A stretch of 64,000 nucleotides of DNA from Candidatus Cloacimonadota bacterium (GCA_963667255.1 OY762940.1:1472001-1536000), one strand, 5' to 3'; counted from the stretch's first letter, positions 1 to 8,604 are shown. The notes: generated by a model from the sequence alone, not told the origin. Program-made: numbers and translations.

Positions 1-331
1 CTTTAAGAACTTGATTAAGAGCATTTTAAATGCTGAAACTTTACAAGAAGCTGAAAATAATTTAAGTTCGCTTAATCACTATGAAAAATTTTTTCGCCTA
101 AAAATTCATAAGCGTTTTATTAAATCAATTAATCGAAACTTTGGTTTATTAACTGCTCATTTTCATTACGATTTTTTGGATAAAACAACAAATAAAATTG
201 AAAATATTAATCGACAATTGAATAGGAAATTAAAAAATTTAGACGGATTTAAATCTGAAAAAAATATGAATCATTTTTTGAAAATTTGGTTCAATAATTA
301 TTCAAAAGGAGTGGAAATTAGACCCAATTAA
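1..331 (+). mobile_element. IS256/mutator-family transposase, C-terminal part (truncated by window start)
   Basis: The ORF is open from the window edge. TTNKIENINRQLNRKLK..GFKS matches the TTN.IE..N..(K/R)R motif around the last catalytic Glu of IS256-type DDE transposases. Very AT-rich. Followed by a putative right end ...AATGCACGCTCCC (to 343). Confidence 0.7.
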
Positions 332-411
332 ATGCACGCTCCCTTAAAAAAATTCGATAGAAAAGGATTTGTTGTCATTGAATGGGGTGGCACAGAGATT
401 GAATAACTAAC

Positions 412-1269
412 CTAAACCAACTCTCCTGTCATACTCAATCTCTTAACTCCTTGCAATCCCAACACTTCGATGTCATCGTTTGTTAGAGCATCTTCTGGGA
501 TTAAGCCTATCACTTCCGATTGCGGAACAATGTCCGTTCCTGAAATCATCTCACAAATCTTGTCGTAAACCACACGCATAGAAGTCTGCCGATAATCGGT
601 CAAATTCATAGAAACCTGCACGATATCCTGTCGAGGCAGGTAAATCCCCAACGCCTTAACCCCTGCCAATCCCCCACTGCTCTCACGCAACCTTTTGGCA
701 ATCTTCTTGGCAAAAGCCAAATCTCCACCAAGCAAATTGACATTCCAAGCTATCAAAAATCCCCGTGCGGAAATCGCCGTCGCTCCTGCTGTGGAGTGCT
801 TTTTATCTCCAAAATCGTAAATACCGTCTCTCAAACCGCTGAAACCATTTTTGCGAAAATTCGCCAAGCGGTTTCTATGCTCGGCATAATCGTAAACCAC
901 TGACGGCACAGCGAACTCTCGCCACAGCATCTCGCCAAGCTCCCTGCTCAACTGCATCGCATCCGACAGCTTGGCATCTCCCAGAGGCACTATCGGCAAT
1001 ACATCCAAAGCCCCCACACAAGGATGCACTCCCTCGTGGGTTCGCATATCCACCAAATCTATCGCCAAAGCCATCATCTTGCGGACAGCATTTTTTATGG
1101 TTTGCTCCGTGCCTGTCATCGTGAAAACGGAGCGATTGTGGTCAATGTCCGCCGAATAGTCCAAAAAATTGACACCTGTCTCCACCAAACCATTGGCAAT
1201 CACCTCAACTACAGACAAATTTCGCCCCTCAGAAACATTGGGAACGCACTCGAACAGTTTATCAGCCAT
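412..1269 (-). CDS. ftcD: Glutamate formiminotransferase
   Basis: N-terminal ECVPNVSEGR, D.DHNRSVFT, HEGVHPCVGALDVLP and QVSMNLTDY motifs. Confidence 0.92.
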   Translation of the reverse strand: MADKLFECVPNVSEGRNLSVVEVIANGLVETGVNFLDYSADIDHNRSVFTMTGTEQTIKNAVRKMMALAIDLVDMRTHEGVHPCVGALDVLPIVPLGDAKLSDAMQLSRELGEMLWREFAVPSVVYDYAEHRNRLANFRKNGFSGLRDGIYDFGDKKHSTAGATAISARGFLIAWNVNLLGGDLAFAKKIAKRLRESSGGLAGVKALGIYLPRQDIVQVSMNLTDYRQTSMRVVYDKICEMISGTDIVPQSEVIGLIPEDALTNDDIEVLGLQGVKRLSMTGELV

Positions 1270-2482
1270 TCATCAAACTCGATAATCTCGTGGCTATCTC
1301 TTCCAAAAACTCTTTGCCATTCACGACTTTGAGGTTGTCGGACTCCGCAAAAGGTGCTAATTCGCCTGTCATCACACCGGCTTCGATAGTTGACACCACG
1401 GCTTGCTCCAACTTGCCTGCAAAACCAACCAACTCGTCGTTGCCGTCCAGCTGACCTCGCTTGCTCAACGCTCCGCTCCAAGCATAGATAAGTGCCGTAG
1501 AATTTATGGAGACCTCCGCACCTTTCAGATACAGATAATACAAATCTTGCACCGTGCCATGAGCAGCGTCATAGAGATAATATCCGTGAGGCGACACCAA
1601 AACCGAACTCATCATCGCCAAGGAACCGTAAGCAGAAGCCAACATATCGCTCATAACATCGCCGTCATAGTTTTTGCAAGCCCAAAGCACTCCACCTTCG
1701 GACTGCATCACTTTGGCAACTGCTCCGTCTATCAAGGAATAACGATATTCTATGCCCACGGCGGAAAACTTCTCGCGGTAATTTTCGTCATAGAGTTGTT
1801 GGAAAATATCCATAAAATGATGGTCGTAAGTCTTGGAAATCGTGTCTTTTGCGGAAAACCACAAATCAACTTTTTGGTCTAACGCATACTCAAAACAGCT
1901 GATGGCAAAAGAGGTTATCGACGAAGTCAGATTGTGCATTCCTTGCAAAACTCCGGTGGACTTGCCGTCAAACTCAGCGATAAGCTCGCGGGTCTCCACC
2001 CCTTTGTCATCAGTGAAAACAAGCTCCGCTTTCCCGGGCTTATTCACGAAAATCTCAGCGTTCTTATAAACATCGCCATAAGCGTGCCGACCGATGATTA
2101 TCGGCTTCTTCCAGCTGCGGACAGACGAACGAACATTGCTCACGATTATCGGCTTGCGAAACACAGTTCCGTCCAAAATCGCCCGAATAGTTCCGTTGGG
2201 GCTCTTCCACATTTTTTTCAAATCATACTCTTCCACTCTGGCTTTATTCGGCGTAATCGTCGCATTTTTCACGCCAACCTTGTGCTTTTTCACAGCCTCC
2301 GCAGCCGCAAAAGTTACCTCATCATTCGTGTTATCCCTATTTTTGATATGCAAATCGTAATACTCCGTGTTCAACTCCACAAACGGCTTAATCAGAATAT
2401 CCTTTATCATCGGCCAAACCACACGGGTCATCTCGTCGCCATCCATCTCCACTATCGGATTTGCCATTACTATTTTGTTCAT
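1262..2482 (-). CDS. icd: Isocitrate dehydrogenase, type II (IDH1-like); cofactor residues suggest NAD specificity
   Basis: MDGDEMTR, KNATITP, SPNGTIRAILDGTVFR, GRHAYGDVY, WACKNYDGDVMSD and AAHGTV motifs. Confidence 0.95.
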   Translation of the reverse strand: MNKIVMANPIVEMDGDEMTRVVWPMIKDILIKPFVELNTEYYDLHIKNRDNTNDEVTFAAAEAVKKHKVGVKNATITPNKARVEEYDLKKMWKSPNGTIRAILDGTVFRKPIIVSNVRSSVRSWKKPIIIGRHAYGDVYKNAEIFVNKPGKAELVFTDDKGVETRELIAEFDGKSTGVLQGMHNLTSSITSFAISCFEYALDQKVDLWFSAKDTISKTYDHHFMDIFQQLYDENYREKFSAVGIEYRYSLIDGAVAKVMQSEGGVLWACKNYDGDVMSDMLASAYGSLAMMSSVLVSPHGYYLYDAAHGTVQDLYYLYLKGAEVSINSTALIYAWSGALSKRGQLDGNDELVGFAGKLEQAVVSTIEAGVMTGELAPFAESDNLKVVNGKEFLEEIATRLSSLMNG

Positions 2483-2670
2483 CTATCTTCGCTCCTTAAA
2501 AATCAATTTATTAAAATCGCTGAGAAATATTGCCACTGTCAATCAAATTCCTATGGAAAACTTCAGTCCAAGCGTTCCGCCAAAATCCTATATTTTCTAT
2601 TTCTTTTTTTATTTGTATTAATTCATATTCAAATTTATTTTTACTAAATTGCAAATTTTATCCTTCACTC

Positions 2671-3948
2671 CTAATTCGCCTGCATAACTTCTATCATCGC
2701 TCTGTCCGCAGCGAACAACCCTCGATTGCTGACTTTCCCGAGATTATGAATAGTGGCACGGAGAGACTCAGCGATGATTCCATCTCCGGCTGCGATGATA
2801 GTCCCCTTGGAGGCAAACAACGCACTGGCAACCGAGAAATACGCTGCCGTGGAGAGTTTAAGTGCACAGCCGTTCTTCGCTCCGTCACAGAGCATGCCGG
2901 CTACATTGCCAAACACATTTTTGACTGCTCCCTCTATCTGTTGCCTGTTGCCACCCATCAACCACACCAATCCAGCAGAACTGGACGCTCCGGCAGACAC
3001 TCCGCAAGAACATATCGGCGACAACCTGCCGATGCTGTTTTTGATATACGAATTGACCACATGCGAAATCGCTACGGCTTTCGCCAGCTTCTCATCATCG
3101 GGATTGTAAATTTTGGCATAAGCCACCAGAGGCAAAATCGCCGTAAGTCCATTGTTGCCACTGCCATTAGAACTCATCACAGGAATATCCGCACCCGACA
3201 TCCGCACATCAGCAGCAGCCGCAGTAAGCTCCGAAGCCATCATCGGCAAGTGATTACCAATCCTGCCCTCTTCCACCAACTCCTTAATCGTGTATCCCAC
3301 ACCCAAACCCATGCGTTGCGACAGCCCAATTTTCGCCACAGCCTCGTTCATCTTCGCACCATCCAACATAAACAGAATCTCCGAAGCAGGAATCTTTTCA
3401 ATCTCTTGAATCAAATCATAAACATCAGCCTCAAAAATCTTGGCAAACTCATCAGCGTCGCCATCGCTGTTTGTGCTCTCTTTTTGTAATACCGTCAAAT
3501 CCCGAACATCGCCATAATCGATAAACTTATCGTGCAAATCGGCTATCGTCGCTTGAAAAGTCCCGTTACCATTTTTGACACGAACTCTGACGAACACCTT
3601 TTTGTCCGTGTCGGCAATAGCAACCTTCACTTTCGGCAAGTGACCGTCTATCTTCGCCATTTTGCTCTCGTCAACGCTGTGCAACACCTCCAAGCCGGCT
3701 TTGGCATCTCCCTGCCAAAATCCAACCAAAGCCGCTACTTCCAACCCTCGTAACGAAGTTCCAGGGATTCCCACAGCCAAACCGTTTTTGAAGATATTCG
3801 CACTCAAAATCAGCTCCATCTGCTCAAAATCGGCAGAGTTACAAAATTGCCTAACTTTAGCCGCAGCCAAAGCAATAGCCACCGGCTCGGTGCAACCCAT
3901 AGCCGGCTTGACCTCTTGCTTCAAAAGTCTCAAAATCAAATCTTTCAT
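2671..3948 (-). CDS. L-cysteine desulfidase / serine dehydratase alpha-like protein (UPF0597, YhaM-like)
   Basis: VKPAMGCTEP, VMSSNGSGNNG, GRLSPICSC and GMLCDGAKNGCALK motifs. ATG 3948 chosen as start. Confidence 0.85.
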   Translation of the reverse strand: MKDLILRLLKQEVKPAMGCTEPVAIALAAAKVRQFCNSADFEQMELILSANIFKNGLAVGIPGTSLRGLEVAALVGFWQGDAKAGLEVLHSVDESKMAKIDGHLPKVKVAIADTDKKVFVRVRVKNGNGTFQATIADLHDKFIDYGDVRDLTVLQKESTNSDGDADEFAKIFEADVYDLIQEIEKIPASEILFMLDGAKMNEAVAKIGLSQRMGLGVGYTIKELVEEGRIGNHLPMMASELTAAAADVRMSGADIPVMSSNGSGNNGLTAILPLVAYAKIYNPDDEKLAKAVAISHVVNSYIKNSIGRLSPICSCGVSAGASSSAGLVWLMGGNRQQIEGAVKNVFGNVAGMLCDGAKNGCALKLSTAAYFSVASALFASKGTIIAAGDGIIAESLRATIHNLGKVSNRGLFAADRAMIEVMQAN

Positions 3949-3968
3949 CTTTATACCAACTTTACTAC

Positions 3969-5882
3969 TTACTGTTTCTTCGATTTCACCCACGCCAATT
4001 TTCCTCCGGCTTTCAATATCTCAGCATCCAAATCCGACAATGTGTGGCAAAGCTCAATTTTTCTCTCTCCGGCAATCATATAGATACTCTCATCTCGCAA
4101 ATCGCCAATCAGCACAAAAATCTCTTGCCCCAAAGCGACATCATCATAATCTTTCGGATTAGCAAAAGTGAGCGGGACAATACCAAAATTTATCAGATTG
4201 GCAAGATGAATCCGAGCAAAACTCTTGGCAATAACAGCCTTAATTCCCAAATACTTGGGAGCAAGAGCCGCATGCTCACGACTGGAGCCTTGACCATAGT
4301 TTTCCCCGGCGAGAACAAATCCACCGTTTTCCGCCAACGCCCGAGAAGAAAACGACTCGTCCACCACTTCAAACACATGCTTGGAAATCTCGGGAATATT
4401 AGAACGCAAAGGCAAAATCTTGGCTCCGGCAGGCATAATGTGGTCAGTAGTAATATTGTCATCCAACTTGAGTAGCACCTTCCCTGTCAGTTCAGACGGT
4501 AACGGACTGAACTCGGGCAACTTCACGATGTTCGGACCTCGCAGAATTTCCACCTCTTCCCCCGATTGAGGCGGAATTATCATATTATCGTTTATGTTAA
4601 ATCTCTCGGGTAACGCAAATTTCGGATAAGCCATGCCAAGAGTTCGCGGGTCAGTAAATTCGCCTTTGATAGCCGTGGCTACAGCAGTCTCGGGAGATAC
4701 AAGATAAACGGCAGCATCTTTAGTCCCACTGCGACCGAAGAAATTGCGATTGTATGTTCGCACACTCACCGCACCACTGCACGGAGCAGCACCCATACCG
4801 ATGCACGCACCGCAAGCGTTCTCCATAATCCTCGCACCACTACGCACCAACGAAGAAAATTTCCCATCATCAATCAAATGGTCTAACACCTGACGACTAC
4901 CGGGATTCACTATCAAATGCAACTTGTCGCTAATAGTTTTCCCATTCAGCACATCAGCCACAACCGACATATCTCGGAGCGACGAGTTGGTGCACGAGCC
5001 GATGCCAACCTGTTGCACTTTCATCCCTGCCAATTCCGCTACAGGCTTCACAGCTCCCGGGCTATGCGGACACGCAGCCAACGGCTCCAACTCGCTCAAA
5101 TCTATCTTGATAATTTTGTCGTAACTAACATCAGCATCCGGCAACAGCTCTACCCATTGATTGCCTCTGCCCTGAGCGATTAAAAACTTTTTGGTTGTTT
5201 CATCAGACGGAAAAATCGAAGTCGTGCAACCCGTTTCCGTTCCCATATTGGTAATAGTCGCTCTGTCCGGCACGCTGAGAGTTTTCACGCCATCGCCAAA
5301 ATATTCGATGATATAGCCGACACCGCCCTTCACATCGATTTGTCGCAAAACCTCCAAAATTACATCTTTGGCACTTACCCAATCGGACAATTTCCCCGTA
5401 AGCTCAATTCCCAAAATTTTCGGATATTTGATGTTGAAACCCTCTCCAGCCATAGCCATGGCGACATCCAGTCCTCCAGCTCCCATAGCCAAAGAACCAA
5501 CTCCCCCCGCTGTAGGCGTGTGCGAATCCGAGCCGATAAGAGTTTTCCCCGGAGCAGCAAATCTCTCCAAATGCACCTGATGACAAATTCCGTTGCCGGG
5601 ACGAGAAAAATACAAGCCGTATTTTGCAGCGACAGATTGCAAATAGCGATGGTCATCGGCGTTGCGAAAATCGGACTGAATCGTATTGTGGTCAACATAG
5701 CTGACGGACAATTCCGTCTTGACTCTCGGCACACCCATAGCCTCAAACTGCAAATACGCAACCGTGCCAGTGGCATCCTGCGTAAGCGTTTGGTCGATTT
5801 TCAAACTCACTTCGTTTCCGATTTTCTCTTCTCCATGCAAGATGTGATTTTTGATGATTTTTTGTGCGATACTAAGCCCCAT
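3969..5882 (-). CDS. Aconitate hydratase (compact single-chain type)
   Basis: DQTLTQDATGT, GNGICHQVH, GSDSHT, IGSCTNSS, ACGACIGMG, DNITTDHI and NYGQGSSREHAA motifs. ATG 5882 with GAGGAG SD. Confidence 0.9.
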   Translation of the reverse strand: MGLSIAQKIIKNHILHGEEKIGNEVSLKIDQTLTQDATGTVAYLQFEAMGVPRVKTELSVSYVDHNTIQSDFRNADDHRYLQSVAAKYGLYFSRPGNGICHQVHLERFAAPGKTLIGSDSHTPTAGGVGSLAMGAGGLDVAMAMAGEGFNIKYPKILGIELTGKLSDWVSAKDVILEVLRQIDVKGGVGYIIEYFGDGVKTLSVPDRATITNMGTETGCTTSIFPSDETTKKFLIAQGRGNQWVELLPDADVSYDKIIKIDLSELEPLAACPHSPGAVKPVAELAGMKVQQVGIGSCTNSSLRDMSVVADVLNGKTISDKLHLIVNPGSRQVLDHLIDDGKFSSLVRSGARIMENACGACIGMGAAPCSGAVSVRTYNRNFFGRSGTKDAAVYLVSPETAVATAIKGEFTDPRTLGMAYPKFALPERFNINDNMIIPPQSGEEVEILRGPNIVKLPEFSPLPSELTGKVLLKLDDNITTDHIMPAGAKILPLRSNIPEISKHVFEVVDESFSSRALAENGGFVLAGENYGQGSSREHAALAPKYLGIKAVIAKSFARIHLANLINFGIVPLTFANPKDYDDVALGQEIFVLIGDLRDESIYMIAGERKIELCHTLSDLDAEILKAGGKLAWVKSKKQ

Positions 5883-5988
5883 GTCTCTCTCCTCTATACA
5901 ATAAACTTTATTTTGATGACATAAATTTAATACCGTCAAAATCACAGTTCTTTAAAATTTGGCAAGAAAATTTGATTTGCCTTTTTTT

Positions 5989-6085
5989 CCTCGCTCCCAA
6001 GCTCCAGCTTGGGAGTGTATGCTTATCAATAACCTGCTATAAATTAAGTAGATATGCATTCCCAAGCTGGAGCTTGGGAACGAGG
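5989..6085. repeat. REPIN-like element: two inverted 32-bp palindromic REP units
   Basis: CCTCGCTCCCAAGCTCCAGCTTGGGAGTGTAT (5989-6020) and its inverted copy (6054-6085, 3 mismatches), 33-bp spacer. Confidence 0.8.
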
Positions 6086-6164
6086 GGGTAAGGCGTGGTG
6101 GTATGAGAATGAGGGTAGTGATGCGAGAATGTAGGCGGTGGGAGGTGCAGGAAGTGGGTGGAAC

Positions 6165-6196
6165 AAAAAACACTGTCGAGTTCCCAACTCGACAGT
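6165..6196 (-). terminator. Terminator-like hairpin interrupted by the IS3 insertion
   Basis: A6-CACTGTCGAGTT-CCC-AACTCGACAGT; the final G of the stem lies after the IS, at 7510. Confidence 0.55.
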
Positions 6197-6236
6197 TACC
6201 TCGTCCTGAAAAAAGTGGACTCTATTAGGAGGAAAC

Positions 6237-6623
6237 TTGGACAAAAGAGAGAAAACTTTTAGATATTCAAAAGCTTTCAGAAATGAGGTTCTAAAGAATG
6301 TCAAAAACAAAAAATTGACGGTTTTGGAAGCGGGTAAATATTATGGAGTGGGATTTCCAACTATTTATCGATGGTTGAAAAAAGCTAATTATGACACGCC
6401 CTGTAAGGAGGTAATTTTTGTGAAACTATCAGATCAGCACTCTGCTTTGCAAGAGATTGAGGAGTTAAAAAAAGAGAATCGTGCTTTAAAAGAGGCTGTG
6501 AGCAAGTTAACGCTCGATAAATTGTGCCTTGAAAAGTGTGTAGAAATTGGTGAGCGGGACTTTGGTATGGAATTAAAAAAAAAGCCCGAAGTACAGGAAT
6601 TGAGGAAATCAGGCAGAAAATAG
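6237..6623 (+). CDS. IS3-family transposase OrfA (HTH + leucine zipper)
   Basis: RYSKAFR...YGVGFPTIYRW HTH and EELKKENRALKEA coiled coil. GGAGG SD before TTG. Confidence 0.88.
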   Translation: MDKREKTFRYSKAFRNEVLKNVKNKKLTVLEAGKYYGVGFPTIYRWLKKANYDTPCKEVIFVKLSDQHSALQEIEELKKENRALKEAVSKLTLDKLCLEKCVEIGERDFGMELKKKPEVQELRKSGRK

Positions 6624-7468
6624 TGGAGAAAAAGTTCCCTTTTAAAATGAATTCTGTTTGTAAATGGTTTGGGATTAGCAAGTCCGGTTTTTATAAAAAG
6701 AAGAAGCACATCGAAAAAACAAAGAAAATTGAAGATGAGATTTGCTTGCATATAAATGCGTTACGCAAATTTGGACTTATGTGTGGAGCAAGAAAAACCA
6801 AGATTCATTTAAAGGAAGATTTTGACATTATTGTGGGCAGAGATAAATTGTTTGATATTATGAGAGAAAACGATTTGCAAAGTAAATTTATTAGGAAAAA
6901 AGTTCAACATTCCAGTGGAGTTAAGCAAATCTTTGAGAATATGTTAACCGATGAATTTAAGAAATCTGTTACAAAATTTGGGCAAGTAATTGTGACAGAT
7001 ATTACCTATATCAAATTGCCCAATAATAAGTTCTGTTACATTAGTTTAGTTACGGATTTGGCTACCAGAAAAATTTTGGGGTATAATGTGGCTCAAACTC
7101 TTTTGGCTGAAGAGTCGGTTAAGGTTATGCGGAAGACATTGAAAAAATATAAGTTGCCTAAAGATTGCATACATCATAGTGATAAAGGAGTGCAATATAC
7201 GAGCAAATTATACACTGATTTTTTGAAGAAAAATAATTTTAGAATGAGCATGACAGGTGCGGGCAAATGTTATGATAATGCTTGTGCAGAGCGAGTTTTT
7301 AATACTTTGAAGAACGAATTTGGTTTTAATGCTGTTTTTTCAAGTTTGAAGGAAGTGCGAAGAGAGTTGAAGAATTTTGTTGATATTTATAACAATAGAC
7401 GATATCATATGAGTTTGGACTATAGAACACCGCAAAGTGTGTTTTTGGAGATGCAGAAAGCTGCATAA
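6623..7468 (+). CDS. IS3-family transposase OrfB (DDE integrase core)
   Basis: TDITYI, HHSDKGVQYTS, CYDNACAERVFNTLKNE and YNNRRYH.SL motifs. Lies in the -1 frame relative to orfA. Confidence 0.93.
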   Translation: MEKKFPFKMNSVCKWFGISKSGFYKKKKHIEKTKKIEDEICLHINALRKFGLMCGARKTKIHLKEDFDIIVGRDKLFDIMRENDLQSKFIRKKVQHSSGVKQIFENMLTDEFKKSVTKFGQVIVTDITYIKLPNNKFCYISLVTDLATRKILGYNVAQTLLAEESVKVMRKTLKKYKLPKDCIHHSDKGVQYTSKLYTDFLKKNNFRMSMTGAGKCYDNACAERVFNTLKNEFGFNAVFSSLKEVRRELKNFVDIYNNRRYHMSLDYRTPQSVFLEMQKAA

Positions 7469-7686
7469 TTAATAAAAAACTGAGTCCACTATTTTAGGAC
7501 TGGACAAGTGCTCCGCAATTATTCATTATTCATTCTTATCTTTTATTTGCTTTTGCTCCCTGTTCTTCTTAGTCCTCTTGCTACTATAATCCTCATACTC
7601 ACTGTCTCTCAAGCACAAGGCTACTCTATTGCTTGGTGTTTTTGTGCTTGGCAAGTGGATATCCTTTCTTACCTATCCTCTTAAAT

Positions 7687-7712
7687 AAAAAAAGCCTCCT
7701 AATCGGAGGCTT
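7687..7712 (-). terminator. Intrinsic terminator after the lipoprotein gene
   Basis: AAGCCTCC-GATTA-GGAGGC followed by T7 on the minus strand. Confidence 0.75.
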
Positions 7713-7728
7713 AGTTTCTATTTTTATT

Positions 7729-8178
7729 CTATTGCTTCGTATAGATATCAGCACCTGTCCAACTAGAAGAATTGGTGGCATTATAGAATTTTGAATTTTC
7801 AATCTTATAATATGAAGTCCGAGTTTCTGAGCCACTGCTTGTTTCTGAATTAGAATTATCAATTTGTCCATTTATGTATACTTTTTTTGTATAGTTGTAA
7901 GCAGCAACTAAAGTTTTAGGATTTGTTGAAGTATTCGTAGAAAAAGTCCCTTCCATAGATGTAATTGAATAATAGTTTTCATTAGTAACTTTTTTGCGAT
8001 ATCTAGTAAAACTACCTGAACTACTAACGACTATTCTTTCATAACCATTATTATCTAATGACATATACCATGTACCCACCAAATCAGGGTCAATAGAACT
8101 GTCATTACTCGTAGAGCTACCACATCCAACCACTCCACACAGCATTACTAATACTGTTAATATCATCAATTTTTTCAT
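7729..8178 (-). CDS. Orphan lipoprotein, possibly lipocalin-like beta-barrel
   Basis: Signal peptide MKKLMILTVLVMLCGVVG-C (lipobox), Ser-rich linker, LVGTW motif. GAGGA SD before ATG 8178. AT-rich. Confidence 0.75.
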   Translation of the reverse strand: MKKLMILTVLVMLCGVVGCGSSTSNDSSIDPDLVGTWYMSLDNNGYERIVVSSSGSFTRYRKKVTNENYYSITSMEGTFSTNTSTNPKTLVAAYNYTKKVYINGQIDNSNSETSSGSETRTSYYKIENSKFYNATNSSSWTGADIYTKQ

Positions 8179-8209
8179 TCTTTCCTCGCTTTTTTTATTT
8201 TTTAAACAC

Positions 8210-8247
8210 AAAAAAAGAGACAGCCCGAAAAATCCGAACTATCTCTT
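8210..8247 (-). terminator. Intrinsic terminator in the 5' leader of the lipoprotein gene (attenuator)
   Basis: AAGAGAUAGUUCGGA-UUU-UUCGGGCUGUCUCUU followed by a U-run. The 15-bp stem has 4 G-U pairs that form only on the minus strand. Confidence 0.8.
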
Positions 8248-8274
8248 AACTTATATAAAATTCTATTGACTACA

Positions 8275-8373
8275 TCATAACCACACAGCCTCGACTGACC
8301 GACTGACCGACTGACCGACTGACCGACTGACCGACTGACCGACTGACCGACTGACCGATTTATTTATTTTCAT
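8275..8373 (-). CDS. Putative repeat-containing leader peptide (32 aa, MKINK-SVSRSVGQ-SVSRSVGQ-SVSRSV-EAVWL)
   Basis: ATG at 8373, 6 nt after a candidate -10 box, with no SD. The ORF spans the microsatellite and stops at TGA 8277-8275. Confidence 0.55.
   Translation of the reverse strand: MKINKSVSRSVGQSVSRSVGQSVSRSVEAVWL
8293..8358. repeat. Perfect octanucleotide microsatellite (GACTGACC)8 + GA
   Basis: Directly visible tandem repeat; unit length not a multiple of 3. Confidence 0.98.
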
Positions 8374-8379
8374 ACAGCA

Positions 8380-8407
8380 ACAATTTGATTATTTTTACAT
8401 CTGTCAA
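8380..8407 (-). promoter_or_regulatory. Putative sigma70 promoter of the leader/lipoprotein unit
   Basis: Perfect TTGACA (8407-8402), 16-bp spacer, weak -10 AATTGT (8385-8380). Confidence 0.55.
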
Positions 8408-8487
8408 CACGAAATTACGAAAAATTACTATATTGTATCAGCATTATGCTTGGGCTTACTGCTACTCCCTTCCCTCTTACCTGCTCG

Positions 8488-8604
8488 CTCCCCTCATGCC
8501 CGTGAAAACGGGTATCCATTCTTGGCTCGTCTCTTAAAAAAAGCAAGTGCCAATGTCCCAACCCTATCCCCGACTGGATTCCCGCCTACGCGGGAATGAG
8601 GGAG
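8488..8604. repeat. Second REP-like inverted pair (TCATTCCCGCG...GCGGGAATCCA type)
   Basis: CTCATGCCCGTGAAAACGGGTATCCA and inverted TGGATTCCCGCCTACGCGGGAATGAG; partial copy TCATGCCCGT at 8631. Confidence 0.7.

Larger units (their letters stand above)
6197..7506 (+). mobile_element. Complete IS3-family insertion sequence (1310 bp)
   Basis: Imperfect terminal IRs TACCTCGTCCTGAAAAAAGTGGACTC / GAGTCCACTATTTTAGGACTGGACA. 3-bp target duplication AGT (6194-6196, 7507-7509). orfA+orfB inside. Confidence 0.92.

Noticed and set aside
6086..6164. G-rich strand-biased stretch (and pyrimidine-rich stretches at 7510-7610 and 8460-8490) as ncRNA or G-quadruplex
   Set aside because: No regular G3 tracts, convincing fold or credible ORF; cannot be supported.
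8293..8358. Tandem repeat as a CRISPR array
   Set aside because: Contiguous 8-bp units with no spacers, and no cas genes in the window.
8178..8373. Classical in-CDS phase variation (repeat ORF fusing to the lipoprotein)
   Set aside because: The lipoprotein frame has stops upstream (TAG 8241-8239 and TAG 8272-8270 region checked by hand); none of the three phases gives a fusion.
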